Below are positions 63,549 to 64,000 of a stretch of DNA of 64,000 bases, one piece after another; position 1 is the first letter of the stretch; the number at the start of each line of letters is the position of its first letter. The notes beneath the pieces are model-generated. The model was not told the DNA's origin and searched no databases. It worked only from the letters and a program-made list of their open reading frames with translations. The position numbers and the translations under genes were made by a program. Origin of the DNA: Marsupella aquatica (taxonomy: Eukaryota > Plantae > Marchantiophyta); NCBI GenBank assembly GCA_973895155.1, contig OZ316893.1, positions 15,654,645-15,718,644 on the forward strand, in the 5' to 3' direction.

Positions 63549-64000
63549 TATCCCATAATGGAGCAGAAAGAGACAGTCTTATAACCAGTTTGGCGTACAG
63601 TCCGTGTAACCATAAAGCAAACTTACTTACAAAATTGAGTGATTTGGAAAGAATCAAAATCCCTGGAAATAAGGCCATGCATTATTGTGTAAAGAAATTT
63701 TATATTAAAGTTGTGTTTACAGGGCCTTGTGTGCCATAATGTCATGGTAACACTTCAAGTCTAAGATATTTCTACTTTCACTGATTTTAGTGACAACAAA
63801 GGAGAGCTTTTTTATGAGCTGATCCAAATCTTGTGCATCCTTCTCCAAAATTGCCCTGAAAACTGCAAAGAGAAAAACACAAAGGGCATTCAGACCAAGA
63901 AATCAGAATGGATAGGCCAATTTTTTGGTCTAATATACTAATTGTTTTTGTTTTGAGCTACACAGGTTTCTATTGATGGGGCATTGTATAGTTCCCTCCT

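Overview
Intron-rich land-plant nuclear DNA, most likely from a liverwort. The basis is a nuclear copy of mitochondrial trnS-GCU exon 1 followed by the 5' end of a group II intron at position 43, an intron known from liverwort and Chara mitochondria. Five protein genes can be built by hand. (1) An intronless PHLOEM PROTEIN 2-LIKE A10 homologue (-). (2) A 31-coding-exon phosphoenolpyruvate carboxylase (+). (3) NHP2, the H/ACA snoRNP subunit (+). (4) A C2orf69/UPF0565 homologue (-). (5) An At1g16290-like double SLT lytic-transglycosylase-domain protein ending in a CaaX box (+). The last 12 kb is a decayed RepHel Helitron with two nested insertions and a copied fragment of the neighbouring SLT gene. 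The standout is the PEPC, which matches neither plant-type nor plant bacterial-type PEPC. It has a plastid-transit-peptide-like N-terminus, then a GlnD/ACR-type ACT domain, then a catalytic domain that resembles free-living proteobacterial PEPCs, with an RNTG C-terminus and almost all phase-0 introns. It is a candidate new class of plastid, amino-acid-sensing PEPC. All family assignments are from motif recognition by eye; no searches were run.
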